Origin: Macrostomum hystrix
Taxonomy: Eukaryota > Animalia > Platyhelminthes
DNA: 64,000 nucleotides
NCBI GenBank assembly: GCA_950097015.1
Contig: CATNEN010000037.1
Location: 1,116,001 to 1,180,000 of the forward strand
Reading direction: 5' to 3'
Notes under the pieces: model-generated
What the model was told of the DNA's origin: nothing
The model's input: only the letters and a program-made list of their open reading frames with translations
The model's database searches: none
Made by a program: the position numbers and the translations under genes
Part shown: piece by piece, positions 11,687 through 26,600 of the stretch
Layout: each line of letters starts with the position of its first letter
Position numbering within the stretch: the stretch's first letter is position 1

Positions 11687-14600
11687 CTGGGTCAAGTCAA
11701 ATTGAGTAGGGATAGGTCAGAATTGAGTAATGGGAAGTTGGGAGTGGGTCATTGAAATTGTCCAGAGAATAATTTCATGCAAATAGATTGGAATTAGGCC
11801 ATATGGGAATGTGTCAGGAGTAGGTCATGGGAATGGGTCAGAAGTTGGTCAAGGGAATGGGTCAGGAGTTGGTCATAGGAATGGGTCAGAAGTTGGTCAT
11901 GGGAATGAGTCAGGAGTAGGTCATGGGAATGGGTCAGGAGTAGGTCATGGGAACGGGTCAGGAGTAGGTCATGGGAATGGGTCAGAAGTTGGTCAAGGGA
12001 ATTGGTTAGGAGTTGGTCATGGGAATGGGTCAGGAGTAGGTCATGGGAATGGGTAAGGAGTAGGTCATGGGAATGGGTCAGAAGTTGGTCAAGGAAATGG
12101 GTCAGGAGTAGATCTTGGAAACGGGTCAGGAGTTGGTCATGGGAACGGGTCAGGAGTAGGTCATAATGAGTCAGGAGTAGGTCATGGGAATGGGTCAGGA
12201 GTAGGTCTTGGGAATGGGTCAGGAGTTGGTCATGGGAATGGGTCAGGAGTAGGTCTTGGGGATGTGTCAGGAGTAGGTCATGGGAATGGGTCAGGAGTTG
12301 GTCATAGGAATGGGTCAGAAGTTGGTCATGGGAATGAGTCAGGAGTAGGTCATGGGAATGGGTCAGGAGTAGGTCATGGGAACGGGTCAGGAGTAGGTCA
12401 TGGGAATGGGTCAGAAGTTGGTCAAGGGAATTGGTTAGGAGTTGGTCATGGGAATGGGTCAGGAGTAGGTCATGGGAATGGGTAAGGAGTAGGTCATGGG
12501 AATGGGTCAGAAGTTGGTCAAGGAAATGGGTCAGGAGTAGATCTTGGAAACGGGTCAGGAGTTGGTCATGGGAACGGGTCAGGAGTAGGTCATAATGAGT
12601 CAGGAGTAGGTCATGGGAATGGGTCAGGAGTAGGTCTTGGGAATGGGTCAGGAGTTGGTCATGGGAATGGGTCAGGAGTAGGTCTTGGGGATGTGTCAGG
12701 AGTAGTTCATGGGGATGTGTCAGGAGTTGGTCATGGGAATGTGTCAGGAGTTGGTCATGGGAATGTGTCAGGAGTTGGTCATGGGGATGTGTCAGGAGTT
12801 GGTCATGGGGATGTGTCAGGAGTTGGTCATGGGAATGTGTCAGGAGTTGGTCATGGGAATGTGTCAGGAGTTGGTCATGGGGATGTGTCAGGAGTTGGTC
12901 ATGGGAATGGGTCAGGAGTTGGTCATGGGAAAGGGTCAGGAATGGGAGGTCGAATCGATGAATAAAGTCGATCATTTCAGCGGATAAGGAAATGCTTTCG
13001 CTTCATTTCGTGGTTAATAGAATGAGTGACGCGAGTTGGGTTCATGTTGTGTGTCAACAAGGATTTGAGTAGCACCTTCTTCCACGGCGGCAAGTTTGCC
13101 AGGTAGTTGACTAGCCGCTCGTCAAGATAGGGAAATCTGGCCTCCCTGCCGTGATCTGCCACCATTCTGTAGGTAAAATGGGTTTTCAATATACTAATAG
13201 TAGTGAGTAGAGTGTGTTGCGCTTTTTAGTGATAAAAAAGCATACGATATATAGTACAAAAATATGATAGCTCATATTCGTAGATTAGTCGATAATGATC
13301 ACACTGCTGTGGTTGACGCACTCAACTCAGCCAATCGGGTGATTAATACATCTATTAAATCAATGAGATTATGGTGCAAGCAATAATATGCATGTCATCG
13401 ATTTGTGAAACCAAATCCTACGAGCCACTCCCTGCGCGTTTAAACTGATTAACTAATGACGGCTTTGACGTGTGAGAATTTTAGTTAATGTAACAAGACC
13501 ATGCTTATGAAGACAGTAGGATAGACTGGCACTGTGAGTGAGAGAGTGACACTGTGAGTGAGTGAGTGACACTGTGAGTGAGAGAGTGACACTGTGAGTG
13601 AGAGAGTGACACTGTGAGTGAGTGAGTGACACTGTGAGTGAGAGAGTGACACTGTGAGTGAGAGAGTGACACTGTGAGTGAGTGAGTGACACTGTGAGTG
13701 AGTGAGTGACACTGTGAGTGAGAGAGTGACACTGTGAGTGAGTGAGTGACACTGTGAGTGAGAGAGTGACACTGCGAGTGAGTGACTGCCTCACTGCCTC
13801 ATTAGAAGAGGCAGTGAGGGAGAGTTAGAAGAGGCAGTGAGGGAGAGTTAGAAGAGGCAGTGAGGGAGAGTTAGAAGAGCCAGTGAGGGAGAGTTAGAAG
13901 AGGCAGTGAGGGAGAGTTAGAAGAGCCAGTGAGGGAGAGTTAGAAGAGGCAGTGAGGGAGAGTTAGAAGAGGCAGTGAGGGAGAGTTAGAAGAGGCAGTG
14001 AGGGAGAGTTAGAAGAGGCAGTGAGGGAGAGTTAGAAGAGCCAGTGAGGGAGAGTTAGAAGAGGCAGTGAGGGAGAGTTAGAAGAGGCAGTGAGGGAGAG
14101 TTAGAAGAGGCAGTGAGGGAGAGTTTGAAGGGGCAGTGAGGGAGAGTTAGAAGAGGCAGTGAGGGAGAGTTAGAAGAGCCAGTGAGGGAGAGTTAGAAGA
14201 GGCAGTGAGGGAGAGTTAGAAGAGGCAGTGAGGGAGAGTTAGAAGAGGCAGTGAGGGAGAGTTTGAAGGGGCAGTGAGGGAGAGTTAGAAGAGGCAGTGA
14301 GGGAGAGTTAGAAGAGCCAGTGAGGGAGAGTTAGAAGAGGCAGTGAGGGAGAGTTAGAAGAGGCAGTGAGGGAGAGTTAGAAGAGGCAGTGAGGGAGAGT
14401 TAGAAGAGGCAGTGAGGGAGAGTTAGAAGAGCCAGTGAGGGAGAGTTAGAAGAGGCAGTGAGGGAGAGTTAGAAGAGGCAGTGAGGGAGAGTTAGAAGAG
14501 GCAGTGAGGGAGAGTTAGAAGAGGCAGTGAGGGAGAGTTAGAAGAGGCAGTGAGGGAGAGTTAGAAGAGGCAGTGAGGGAGAGTTAGAAGAGGCAGTGAG

Positions 14601-17600
14601 GGAGAGTTAGAAGAGGCAGTGAGGGAGAGTTAGAAGAGGCAGTGAGGGAGAGTTAGAAGAGGCAGTGAGGGAGAGTTAGAAGAGGCAGTGAGGGAGAGTT
14701 AGAAGAGCCAGTGAGGGAGAGTTAGAAGAGGCAGTGAGGGAGAGTTAGAAGAGGCAGTGAGGGAGAGTTAGAAGAGGCAGTGAGGGAGAGTTAGAAGAGG
14801 CAGTGAGGGAGAGTTAGAAGAGGCAGTGAGGGAGAGTTAGAAGAGCCAGTGAGGGAGAGTTAGAAGAGGCAGTGAGGGAGAGTTAGAAGAGCCAGTGAGG
14901 GAGAGTTAGAAGAGGCAGTGAGGGAGAGTTAGAAGAGGCAGTGAGGGAGAGTTAGAAGAGGCAGTGAGGGAGAGTTAGAAGAGGCAGTGAGGGAGAGTTA
15001 GAAGAGCCAGTGAGGGAGAGTTAGAAGAGGCAGTGAGGGAGAGTTAGAAGAGGCAGTGAGGGAGAGTTAGAAGAGGCAGTGAGGGAGAGTTAGAAGAGGC
15101 AGTGAGGGAGAGTTAGAAGAGGCAGTGAGGGAGAGTTAGAAGAGGCAGTGAGGGAGAGTTAGAAGAGGCAGTGAGGGAGAGTTAGAAGAGGCAGTGAGGG
15201 AGAGTTAGAAGAGCCAGTGAGGGAGAGTTAGAAGAGGCAGTGAGGGAGAGTTAGAAGAGGCAGTGAGGGAGAGTTAGAAGAGGCAGTGAGGGAGAGTTAG
15301 AAGAGCCAGTGAGGGAGAGTTAGAAGAGGCAGTGAGGGAGAGTTAGAAGAGGCAGTGAGGGAGAGTTAGAAGAGGCAGTGAGGGAGAGTTAGAAGAGGCA
15401 GTGAGGGAGAGTTAGAAGAGCCAGTGAGGGAGAGTTAGAAGAGGCAGTGAGGGAGAGTTAGAAGAGGCAGTGAGGGAGAGTTAGAAGAGGCAGTGAGGGA
15501 GAGTTAGAAGAGGCAGTGAGGGAGAGTTAGAAGAGGCAGTGAGGGAGAGTTAGAAGAGGCAGTGAGGGAGAGTTAGAAGAGGCAGTGAGGGAGAGTTAGA
15601 AGAGCCAGTGAGGGAGAGTTAGAAGAGGCAGTGAGGGAGAGTTAGAAGAGGCAGTGAGGGAGAGTTAGAAGAGGCAGTGAGGGAGAGTTAGAAGAGGCAG
15701 TGAGGGAGAGTTTGAAGGGGCAGTGAGGGAGAGTTAGAAGAGGCAGTGAGGGAGAGTTAGAAGAGGCAGTGAGGGAGAGTTAGAAGAGGCAGTGAGGGAG
15801 AGTTAGAAGAGGCAGTGAGGGAGAGTTAGAAGAGGCAGTGAGGGAGAGTTAGAAGAGGCAGTGAGGGAGAGTTAGAAGAGCCAGTGAGGGAGAGTTAGAA
15901 GAGGCAGTGAGGGAGAGTTAGAAGAGCCAGTGAGGGAGAGTTAGAAGAGGCAGTGAGGGAGAGTTAGAAGAGGCAGTGAGGGAGAGTTAGAAGAGGCAGT
16001 GAGGGAGAGTTAGAAGAGCCAGTGAGGGAGAGTTAGAAGAGGCAGTGAGGGAGAGTTAGAAGAGGCAGTGAGGGAGAGTTAGAAGAGCCAGTGAGGGAGA
16101 GTTAGAAGAGGCAGTGAGGGAGAGTTAGAAGAGGCAGTGAGGGAGAGTTAGAAGAGGCAGTGAGGGAGAGTTAGAAGAGGCAGTGAGGGAGAGTTAGAAG
16201 AGGCAGTGAGGGAGAGTTAGAAGAGCCAGTGAGGGAGAGTTAGAAGAGGCAGTGAGGGAGAGTTAGAAGAGGCAGTGAGGGAGAGTTAGAAGAGGCAGTG
16301 AGGGAGAGTTAGAAGAGGCAGTGAGGGAGAGTTAGAAGAGGCAGTGAGGGAGAGTTAGAAGAGGCAGTGAGGGAGAGTTAGAAGAGGCAGTGAGGGAGAG
16401 TTAGAAGAGGCAGTGAGGGAGAGTTAGAAGAGGCAGTGAGGGAGAGTTAGAAGAGGCAGTGAGGGAGAGTTAGAAGAGGCAGTGAGGGAGAGTTAGAAGA
16501 GGCAGTGAGGGAGAGTTAGAAGAGCCAGTGAGGGAGAGTTAGAAGAGGCAGTGAGGGAGAGTTAGAAGAGGCAGTGAGGGAGAGTTAGAAGAGGCAGTGA
16601 GGGAGAGTTAGAAGAGGCAGTGAGGGAGAGTTAGAAGAGGCAGTGAGGGAGAGTTAGAAGAGGCAGTGAGGGAGAGTTAGAAGAGGCAGTGAGGGAGAGT
16701 TAGAAGAGGCAGTGAGGGAGAGTTAGAAGAGGCAGTGAGGGAGAGTTAGAAGAGCCAGTGAGGGAGAGTTAGAAGAGGCAGTGAGGGAGAGTTAGAAGAG
16801 GCAGTGAGGGAGAGTTAGAAGAGGCAGTGAGGGAGAGTTAGAAGAGGCAGTGAGGGAGAGTTTGAAGGGGCAGTGAGGGAGAGTTAGAAGAGGCAGTGAG
16901 GGAGAGTTAGAAGAGCCAGTGAGGGAGAGTTAGAAGAGGCAGTGAGGGAGAGTTAGAAGAGGCAGTGAGGGAGAGTTAGAAGAGGCAGTGAGGGAGAGTT
17001 AGAAGAGCCAGTGAGGGAGAGTTAGAAGAGGCAGTGAGGGAGAGTTAGAAGAGGCAGTGAGGGAGAGTTAGAAGAGCCAGTGAGGGAGAGTTAGAAGAGG
17101 CAGTGAGGGAGAGTTAGAAGAGGCAGTGAGGGAGAGTTAGAAGAGGCAGTGAGGGAGAGTTAGAAGAGGCAGTGAGGGAGAGTTTGAAGGGGCAGTGAGG
17201 GAGAGTTAGAAGAGGCAGTGAGGGAGAGTTAGAAGAGGCAGTGAGGGAGAGTTAGAAGAGGCAGTGAGGGAGAGTTAGAAGAGGCAGTGAGGGAGAGTTA
17301 GAAGAGGCAGTGAGGGAGAGTTAGAAGAGGCAGTGAGGGAGAGTTTGAAGGGGCAGTGAGGGAGAGTTAGAAGAGGCAGTGAGGGAGAGTTAGAAGAGCC
17401 AGTGAGGGAGAGTTAGAAGAGGCAGTGAGGGAGAGTTAGAAGAGGCAGTGAGGGAGAGTTAGAAGAGGCAGTGAGGGAGAGTTAGAAGAGGCAGTGAGGG
17501 AGAGTTAGAAGAGCCAGTGAGGGAGAGTTAGAAGAGGCAGTGAGGGAGAGTTAGAAGAGGCAGTGAGGGAGAGTTAGAAGAGGCAGTGAGGGAGAGTTAG

Positions 17601-20600
17601 AAGAGGCAGTGAGGGAGAGTTAGAAGAGGCAGTGAGGGAGAGTTAGAAGAGGCAGTGAGGGAGAGTTAGAAGAGGCAGTGAGGGAGAGTTAGAAGAGGCA
17701 GTGAGGGAGAGTTTGAAGGGGCAGTGAGGGAGTGATAAAGTGCAGGAACAGTCGGATCATTAGCTCTATGGCATGGAAGTTTCGTAACAGGCACTGGGTG
17801 ACCCTGTGTTTTTCATGTCGCCCAGGTTCTCGCTGATAGCAGCCAGACGCAGTGACATGGAAGCGCACTTTCTACTGAGCCAAACTTGTCCTAGATATCA
17901 GGGTGCGAAAGGAAGTCAAGCAATTAGTAGGCTAATATGCCGCGACGGAAGCATTAGAAGAGGAAGAAGAAGAATGATAATCTCAGACAGCGGCTTGCCA
18001 TTAGAAGAGTGAAATTTTCAATGAAATTTTTAGAAAAGCTGAGAAAAAGTAGTTAGGCATGACGCACAAAATAAATCGACTAGCCTGGCCTTCATACTCG
18101 CATCGGATTAGATAATCACCAATCACTGGTTTAGATAGACAGTAAATTTTTATGTCCTAATGCATTGCGAACAGTTGAAAAAAGCATTGGAGACTTTAGG
18201 GCATTTAATTAAATAAAATTATATTTGAACGTCGATTTGTGTTAGTACGCTCGTAGTATTCAAGATTTTTTATGGGGATTTGGGACTTGCTTCAGTGGGA
18301 TTTAATATTTTTTATGGTGATTTTAGATTTTTATAAGTGGGATTAAAGATACTTGCCGTGGGGATTTGCGTCTCACTGGGATTTAAGATTTTTACAGTGG
18401 GGATTTGGGATTCGTTTCAGTGGGATTTAGGATATTGACAGTGGGGATTTAGGATTCGTTTCAGTGGGATTTAGGATATTGACAGTGGGGATTTGGGATT
18501 CGTTTCAGTGGGATTTAGGATATTGACAGTGGGGATTTGGGATTCGTTTCAGTGGGATTTAGGATATTGACAGTGGGGATTTGGGATTCGTTTCAGTGGG
18601 ATTTAGGAGTTTTACAGTGGGGATTTGGGATTCGTTTCACTGGGACTTAGGCTTTTTACAGTGGGGATTTGGGATTCGTTTCACTGGGACTAAGGATTTT
18701 TACAGTTGGGATTTGGGATTCGTTTCAGTGGGACTTAGGATTTTTACAGTGGGGATTTGGGATTCGTTTCAGTGGGACTTAGGATTTTTACAGTTGGGAT
18801 TTGGGATTCGTTTCAGTGGGACTTAGGATTTTTACAGTTGGGATTTGGGATTCGTTTCAGTGGGATTTAGGAGTTTTACAGTTGGGATTTGGGATTCGTT
18901 TCAGTGGGACTTAGGATTTTTACAGTTGGGATTTGGGATTCGTTTCAGTGGGACTTAGGATTTTTACAGTTGGGATTTGGGATTCGTTTCAGTGGGACTT
19001 AGGATTTTTACAGTTGGGATTTGGGATTCGTTTCAGTGGGATTTAGGAGTTTTACAGTTGGGATTTGGGATTCGTTTCAGTGGGACTTAGGATTTTTACA
19101 GTTGGGATTTGGGATTCGTTTCAGTGGGACTTAGGATTTTTACAGTTGGGATTTGGGATTCATTTCAGTGGGATTTAGGAGTTTTACAGTTGGGATTTGG
19201 GATTCGTTTCAGTGGGACTTAGGATTTTTACAGTGGGGATTTGGGATTCGTTTCAGTGGGACTTAGGATTTTTACAGTTGGGATTTGGGATTCGTTTCAG
19301 TGGGATTTAGGATTTTTACAGTTGCGATTTGGGATTCGTTTCAGTGGGACTTAGGATTTTTACAGTTGGGATTTGGGATTCGTTTCAGTGGGATTTAGGA
19401 GTTTTACAGTGGGGATTTGGGATTCACCGCATTGAGGGGATTTGGGATCAGTGTTTTTTTAGATTGGAATTTCGGATTTGTCACAATCGGACTCAACATT
19501 CTTTCAGGGATTTAAATCTTTTTATTTGGTCTTATTTAAAGTGTGATTATTGAACTGCCTTTTCTGGGCCTCTATGCATTATTCTCATTGGGATTTTCTC
19601 ATCATTGCTACATAACCATCGAGAAAAAACACTAAAGAACAAGAGATAAAAATCGAGAACTTTCTTCCAACCAGGCGCACGCTGATATTTTTGGAAGGAA
19701 AACATTGCTAATCATGATCCTGATGATCCTGACAAGGCCAGGGCGCAACAGAAACAGCGAATTCCCAAATGGAGTGTTTTTATTGATATATTGATCGTTC
19801 AAACTGTCAAGCGAAATAAATATAATCGAAATTGGACGCAGCTTGTACGGTCGCAATTTTAGATTAATTCCATAACCCCAGGAAGGACACGATTTTATCG
19901 CTAAGCTAAGCTCCAGATCGTCTATTTTTACACTGGCAGTAAAAGTACAGCAGCTGATACAATCGCAGGCGGAACTGCTCACCTGTCGTCTCTGCCAAGA
20001 TTTCGTTGCGCAATCCGTTTGATCTCCATGGCAACCTCGCTAGCCACTGCCGGATATCCGAGCTGGCTGAATTGCAATTAAGGGAGACGATTTTAGGCGA
20101 CTGCAATAGAGCTTGTTCGAGACTTTAAGATAAATATAGGGCATGTTTCTAGTTATTTCGTTTGCTTGAATGTTGCCTTGAAGGCATTGTTTGGGCTGAT
20201 GTGCTGATCAATCATTCCTTGATCTTTCTAATCTTGCTAAGGGACAAATATTTCCAGTTGGTCGAGAATCCCAATCCTTAGTCACTGTTTTATAAATAAA
20301 TTTGCACACACATATTTTATAAATAAAGTTTCTGAAAACGTACGAAGAATAGGTTGAGTACTAGAGCATATGGCATATTTTCCATCTGAACAAAAATATT
20401 AAACAATTTAATAACTAGACTTCTTTTCTCAGCTCCTACAGTTGAATTTCCCACATGCACTTTAATCCTCTTATAAAGACAAGTGAACGTCGTGTGACAC
20501 TCGAATACGTTATTGTAAACGAATTGAACAGATAGGCCTATTTTATTCGAAACATAGTCAGTTTAATCCGCCTTGTCTAATTTGTCATAATTACAATCTG

Positions 20601-23600
20601 ATTTCCCAACGGACAAGACTAATTCCGATTTTAATCCGGCTTGCAAATTTGGCCCAGTTTTTTGGTGAGAAGGTCGAATTAGGAGTTTAAAGAATCTGGG
20701 ACCAGCTACAATGAATCAGAGGAGAGTGTTTCGTAATCCTAGATTTTTCCCATAGGGAAATATTCTCAAAGCGAAAGTGTTCAACCTGAGGAAAACTGAT
20801 GTGACTTGTTTTCTTATTTAAAAACAAGCGAAAAGAGAAGTCATAAAAATGTCGTTGCCGTCAGATTAGGGCAATTTTATTGACAGCAATTTTGTCGCCA
20901 AATTAGTTTCTGCGGCTAATCACCTCAGACTGATCCCATGGGAACATGCTATGGATTGGAATAAGTGGCTCTCCAGAATTAGAAAAGAGGATGTAGGATA
21001 AGACGGACTACTGGCTTTGCTAGCAGTTTTGTGAAAAGTCTCTGAAAATTATTTTGAGATCAACGATTAGGACTTGTGCGAAAAAATGTGAGTGAACAGT
21101 TTTTTTTCAAACGATTAAATTGATTTTAGCAAAGGTTTTCCTAATAGAAAGTCCTTGATTATAACATAAAGCATAAATTAGAAATTAGTAGTGCAACTTT
21201 TTGGTGCATTTTCAAAGCGACTGAGATTTAATCGAGTTTTATTTTATAATCTCAGCTTTGATCCTAATGATCTGTATGAATGGGTGGTGACCAGAGCCGA
21301 GATAGTAATTGAATTAGTGAGAATATGTGCACTGATCTGAAAACGACGGCATCTAAAACTAAACCCTATCGGGCCAAATGTACAGCCAGTGGACATGGCT
21401 GCGTACAACTGTTTAGTCCATGGACTGGTGTGCGATGTTCACAACGACATCAAACGAGGCGATAACATACGAGCCTTAACACTGGGCATTAACAATCAAG
21501 CGCTTGATGAAGACTGCTGCTAAACAGTAGCATCTAGTTGACACGAAATAGTAGAAATACTAGTATCTAGCTAGAGTGGAAGGGCCACCAATCAGCCAGC
21601 TCTGAGGCATGTTAAACTGCACAGCCAATCAGCCAAAGCGGAGTAAGAAAAAAGCAATGGGAAAATATTTTGTGTCTTGCAGATTCCCAAACGACTCCCC
21701 ATGATCCTGTTTTCCTTTATAATCTCCTACCGGCAGAATCCAACCCGAATCGACACTAAAATACCCTAATTGAGGTAGCTAAAGCAACACTATACAATAT
21801 GAGCCTGATTCTAGTGGACGATAGTCTGCGCGAAATCTGCCGCCGAGGCAGATTCTGCGGCGCCATCGGAAGGGAATTCCGCGGTGAGTGAGTCACATCC
21901 TACATGTACTATGTGTACTAATACGTATTAGAACGGTCCTGAAAAGCCAGTACACTTAAGACCAGATTAGTAAAAATATAAAGTGCTAAATTTACATGTA
22001 ACATTCTTTGTGTGTCAGTGTCTATTATGTTCACCAATGTAAATGCGCTCCTCATGGACATTGTTAAATGAATTTGTAAGATAAAAAGCACCAATGAAGA
22101 CTCAGTTTTTCGATAAATGTTTAGAGTAACATGATTTAGCTTAAAAAAAGTAGAATTGTAAGTAAGGTAAAACTTTAAGTTCTAGCTATTTTATGGTTAG
22201 CATAAATGATCCTATTTTTAGCCAAAAATCGCTCTCAGTTTTAATTGCGAAGAATGCCAACTTCAAAAAGACTGAGTGCAAAGTACGAGTAAAGCATAAT
22301 TTTAATTGCAGACTTCGAAGCCTTTTTGTAGTCTACGAGCTACGGTACTTAAGCAGCAGGTCAAGGGCAACTCTTACACCAAAGATGCTTCTCAGAATCG
22401 AACAACGTCCTTTGAAACACCCAGGATAGATAAAATCGCAACAAGGGCGTTTCGATAGAGCTGCTAATTGGAGAATCGATCGATATAGAGCGAAGAATAA
22501 CATTACCTCTGCGTTTTTTCTTAAGGACTGCTAGGTCCATCCCTGATCTTGACATCGTTTTTTAATCAATTCGAACTAAATCCAATACTTAGTATAACGT
22601 AATACGAGTACTTGAAGAGCGTAAGACCTACAAGCTGTACCTTACGTAACTCAAGTTATAAACTATCGAATCTATAACAACTCGTTTTCCGGCACCAAAT
22701 AAGCCGTCGCAACCATTTCTCTCCATGTTGAGCATGTTGAACATGTTATATATGCAACTGAAAGATTCTAACGAAGGGCAAGCACACTGCATTGGCTAGC
22801 ACTTTTTTGGCTTTTGATCAATATCATCAGAATCATATTCAGCATAGTCGATGCTCACTATAACTGGTGGCACACGATGCATAAAGGCTTCGTCTGTTTG
22901 TATTTTGAGTGCGAAAATTTCCACCCGGATAAAAATTTAGATTCCTCACAAACCGGGCTTCACGCATGGCTTTCGCCGCTAGGTGAAGCGTTGCAAGTGC
23001 TAAGTAGTAACACACCTTAGTAGCTGACCCCAAAGGATCAGCCTCTTAGCAGGATTAACAATGCTTGCTGATGCAAAAGACAATCTAATTGAAGCGAACG
23101 AATTTCACGCAGTCAGGTCGAATGTGGCACTCCAGCTACCGCGCTGAACTCTCTTAGAGATGAGGAGAAATTGAAAATATTTTCTGCTTATAAAAAGACT
23201 TGTTTCAAGAAGGAGTAGTCGTGTTCAAAGCAAAGTTAAATATATATTTCAAATTTCACTCTTTTTATTGTCTATTTTTAGCGCCGAAGGAGGATCGAAA
23301 TCTGACAGCCGAGCATCCCTACGTCCTGTTCGCGCACTGCATGTGGTGCACCAACGCCGACCAGAAAAACATGATAGCCGAAATGTAAGTTAAAACACGC
23401 GGTTACGCATGAGTCCTGTTAGCCAACGGTTTAATCAATGCCGAAAATTGAAGAATACAGATGGATAAAACACATCATATGGATCGGGTATTGAAATGGA
23501 TTATAGAAGAATGGAACAGCGGGAAGAGTGGGCTTTCGGAAAGACTAATTTTCTGATACAAGATGGGTACATGCTGTAAAAAAAATTGAGACTCTATAGG

Positions 23601-26600
23601 CGTTCATTGAATTGAACACGGAGTACTACCAAACCAAAGGCAGTGGAATGTATTGCAGCAAAATCAAGAAAAAACGCATAATTCTAGACATATTTTTCCT
23701 GTCGCTGTAACAGGTCCCTGTCAACTGCAAACCTCTAGGGCGTTTCCAATCAACATAAAACCTATTTTTCTGTTGACGCTCACAGAATGTCTTGGTTAAA
23801 GCCCCCCTTAATTTATTTCAAAGTCACACAAAAGTCCTTCCAAGCAACGAAATTCTTTCAGAATGCATACATTTCACTTGCTTTTATACATCTCCACACT
23901 CAAACCCCAAATCTTCAACTACAGAGGCGACTGCATAAACCACTATGTGACGTTCATTAACTACAGCGAGCCAGTGCCGCCAATGATGTACGCCGATCCG
24001 ACTGACGGCGCCGCAGTCACCGAGGCTAATGGTTCTGGCGAGAAGCCACGTGAAAATATCGCTGTGCTGGCTATCCTGCTGAGCCTATACTCCGTGCTTA
24101 TCTGTGTCGGCTTGTTCAGCAACCTGCTAGTGGCTATCATTCTGGTGCGCAACCGAGCCTTCACCAACATCACCAACTTGTTCGTGCTGGCACTATCGCT
24201 AAGCGACATATTAATCTGCGGCATGCTCATGCCGGCGCTGGTCTTCCACGACATGACTACAAGGAACTATCTGACATTCAGCCTGCCGCGTACACTCTAT
24301 TGCAAGTTCTTTTTAATATCCTTGAACGTGCCTATCTACGCTAGCTGCCTGATTATCCTGTGGATCTCGGTGGACCGCTATCGCATCATCTGCCATCCGC
24401 ATCGAAGCCGCATGACGCTGCGCCAAGCCCGAGGCCTGCTCCTTTTCACCGTGTTCCTAGGTCTGCTAGTTCACTCGCCAATCATCGCGTTTAACACGGT
24501 CGACAAGCATCGAGATTACGGTTGCGCCGAGCGCTGGCCAGATAAGGAGCTTAGGCTGGCCTATTCAATCAGTGCATTCTGCCTGCAGTTCTGCACCCCA
24601 CTCATTGTCACCGGTGTGCTGTACTTTCGAATTTATCGTCGCTTAACAGAACGCGTTCTGCGTCGCAGGGACGTTGAACGCAAGCATCGAACTAATAAAA
24701 TCCTAATTAGCATTGTGATCAGCTTTGCTTTCTTCTGGAGTCCCTGGTCAATCTTCAATGTCATCAGCGAGGTGGAGCAATATCGCAAGAATAGTCCAGA
24801 AAAGTTGGCTAACTTTCTAGACTGCATCTCCGTGACCAAGTCGTGGGACGCCATCAATGCCAATGTGCATAGCACATTTAATTCGGAGGGTAAGCTTTGA
24901 GTTGAAGAAGCTCTTTGAGTAAAATTGGAGCATTCACGATACTCGCCTTCTACAAGAAAAAATAAACCATCAACATAGTATTCATATTCAAGTTCCCTAA
25001 CCTTTTAGTTATCAGCAGGCTTAGTTGTTTGATATTATGCATGATATGCATGTGCATGCAAGCATGATACATGATGTGATGATGCTTGATTTGATGTGAT
25101 GCAGTTGTCATAGGTTGCCTAAAAAGTCATAGCCCCCCTGATCGCGACTGCTTCCATTGTGATTTTGCAGCTGACTCGAGTTCATAAACCTTATTGCAAG
25201 ACCATCGTCAGAACCTTCGTCATATACGTTGTATTTTAATATAGAAACTAAAGACAAAAACAGCGGTATAAACTATTTCGCCGAGAAAAAAACGAGGCAC
25301 AAACAAAGAAGCTCTTGGTGAAGTGAAAAAATACTATGTAGTTCAAGCTCAAAGACTGACGTTTCATCATACTATCAAGATCGATGGGACACTGTCAGCT
25401 GCTGCGTGAACAGGAGACTTTCACGACAGAAGCATCTGACATGCTATTCCTGAGCTATAGACAAAAGTGGGAGAAAATGAGAGCAGGAAACTCTCTTGTG
25501 TTGGGTTGTCACAAGTCTGTAGACTAGGCCCCCATGTTTTAATTCTATATTTTCACAAGTTTCAGGGCACACAACGCGATTTTCAAAGTGCCTCTCAAAG
25601 TCTGCGATCCCGAGAGAACTGCAGTCACTTGGACCAGTTTGTGACTATTTGATTAGTAGGACAATGGAAAACAGGAGAAAATGTCTGCTACTAGACGGCT
25701 ATTTAGTGGCGGCAGAAACAACAGCAGACAGATAGCTCAGAGGAGGGGGCTAAAAGGCAGTGGAGCAGCTGGCCCTCCATTATCGCCACTTCCTTCATCC
25801 AATCCGGCTAAAGGGCGACGTACGAAATCGATTTCCTGCTCACCAAAGCCGCCTTGTTCAGGGACAGGTTAGTTTAGTTGGCAGCAGCGGTGCTAAAAGC
25901 AGAAAAATTAAGTGAGATAGATAGAGTGAAAAGGAAGGAACAAAGTCAGGCAAAAGGAGAAGAGAAAAATGACGGGAGCGGTCGGTGAGCCTGCATTGCC
26001 TAGTGAGTGAATTAGGACAACTATGCCTACCACTACTCATCCCGGCTCAGACGTCTATTTCTCTCAACCCCATCATTTTAGTTTCCATGAGGCCATCTTT
26101 CAGGTTAATTAATGAGTCGAGAGGGGAAGCGCGAGAAAAACGGAAAAGGCCAGCTTTTAGATAGGGGTTCTCTTTTAGAAGAAACGAATTCGTTGCTATC
26201 CGTGAGGGTGCACTCTGAAAGCGTGGGATGAAAAAGGGCCAGAAAAAGAAGTCCATGCAAGCTAGGAGGGAAGACGGAGCAGCTACTTGGAAAAATCGCT
26301 CTGTCCTGCTTGCTCAGTTGAAGCTACAATTTTGCAGCCTTTTTGCAGCAGTTGAACCAGATACAGTTGTCTGTAATTTCGTAGAAACCAATGAAAAGAC
26401 TGTACTCCAGAAGAATATATTTGATTGATTTATGTACTATAGATTAATATATAGATACAAATCCCAAAACAACTATCAAGGAATAGGCGGCGATCATAGG
26501 CGGTGAAAGAGAAGACCACTGGAAAAACTGACAACCTCTTTCGCGTAAAAATTACCTTAACAATAGGGTAGTAGGGCGGCGAACGTTAATAGCAGAATGC

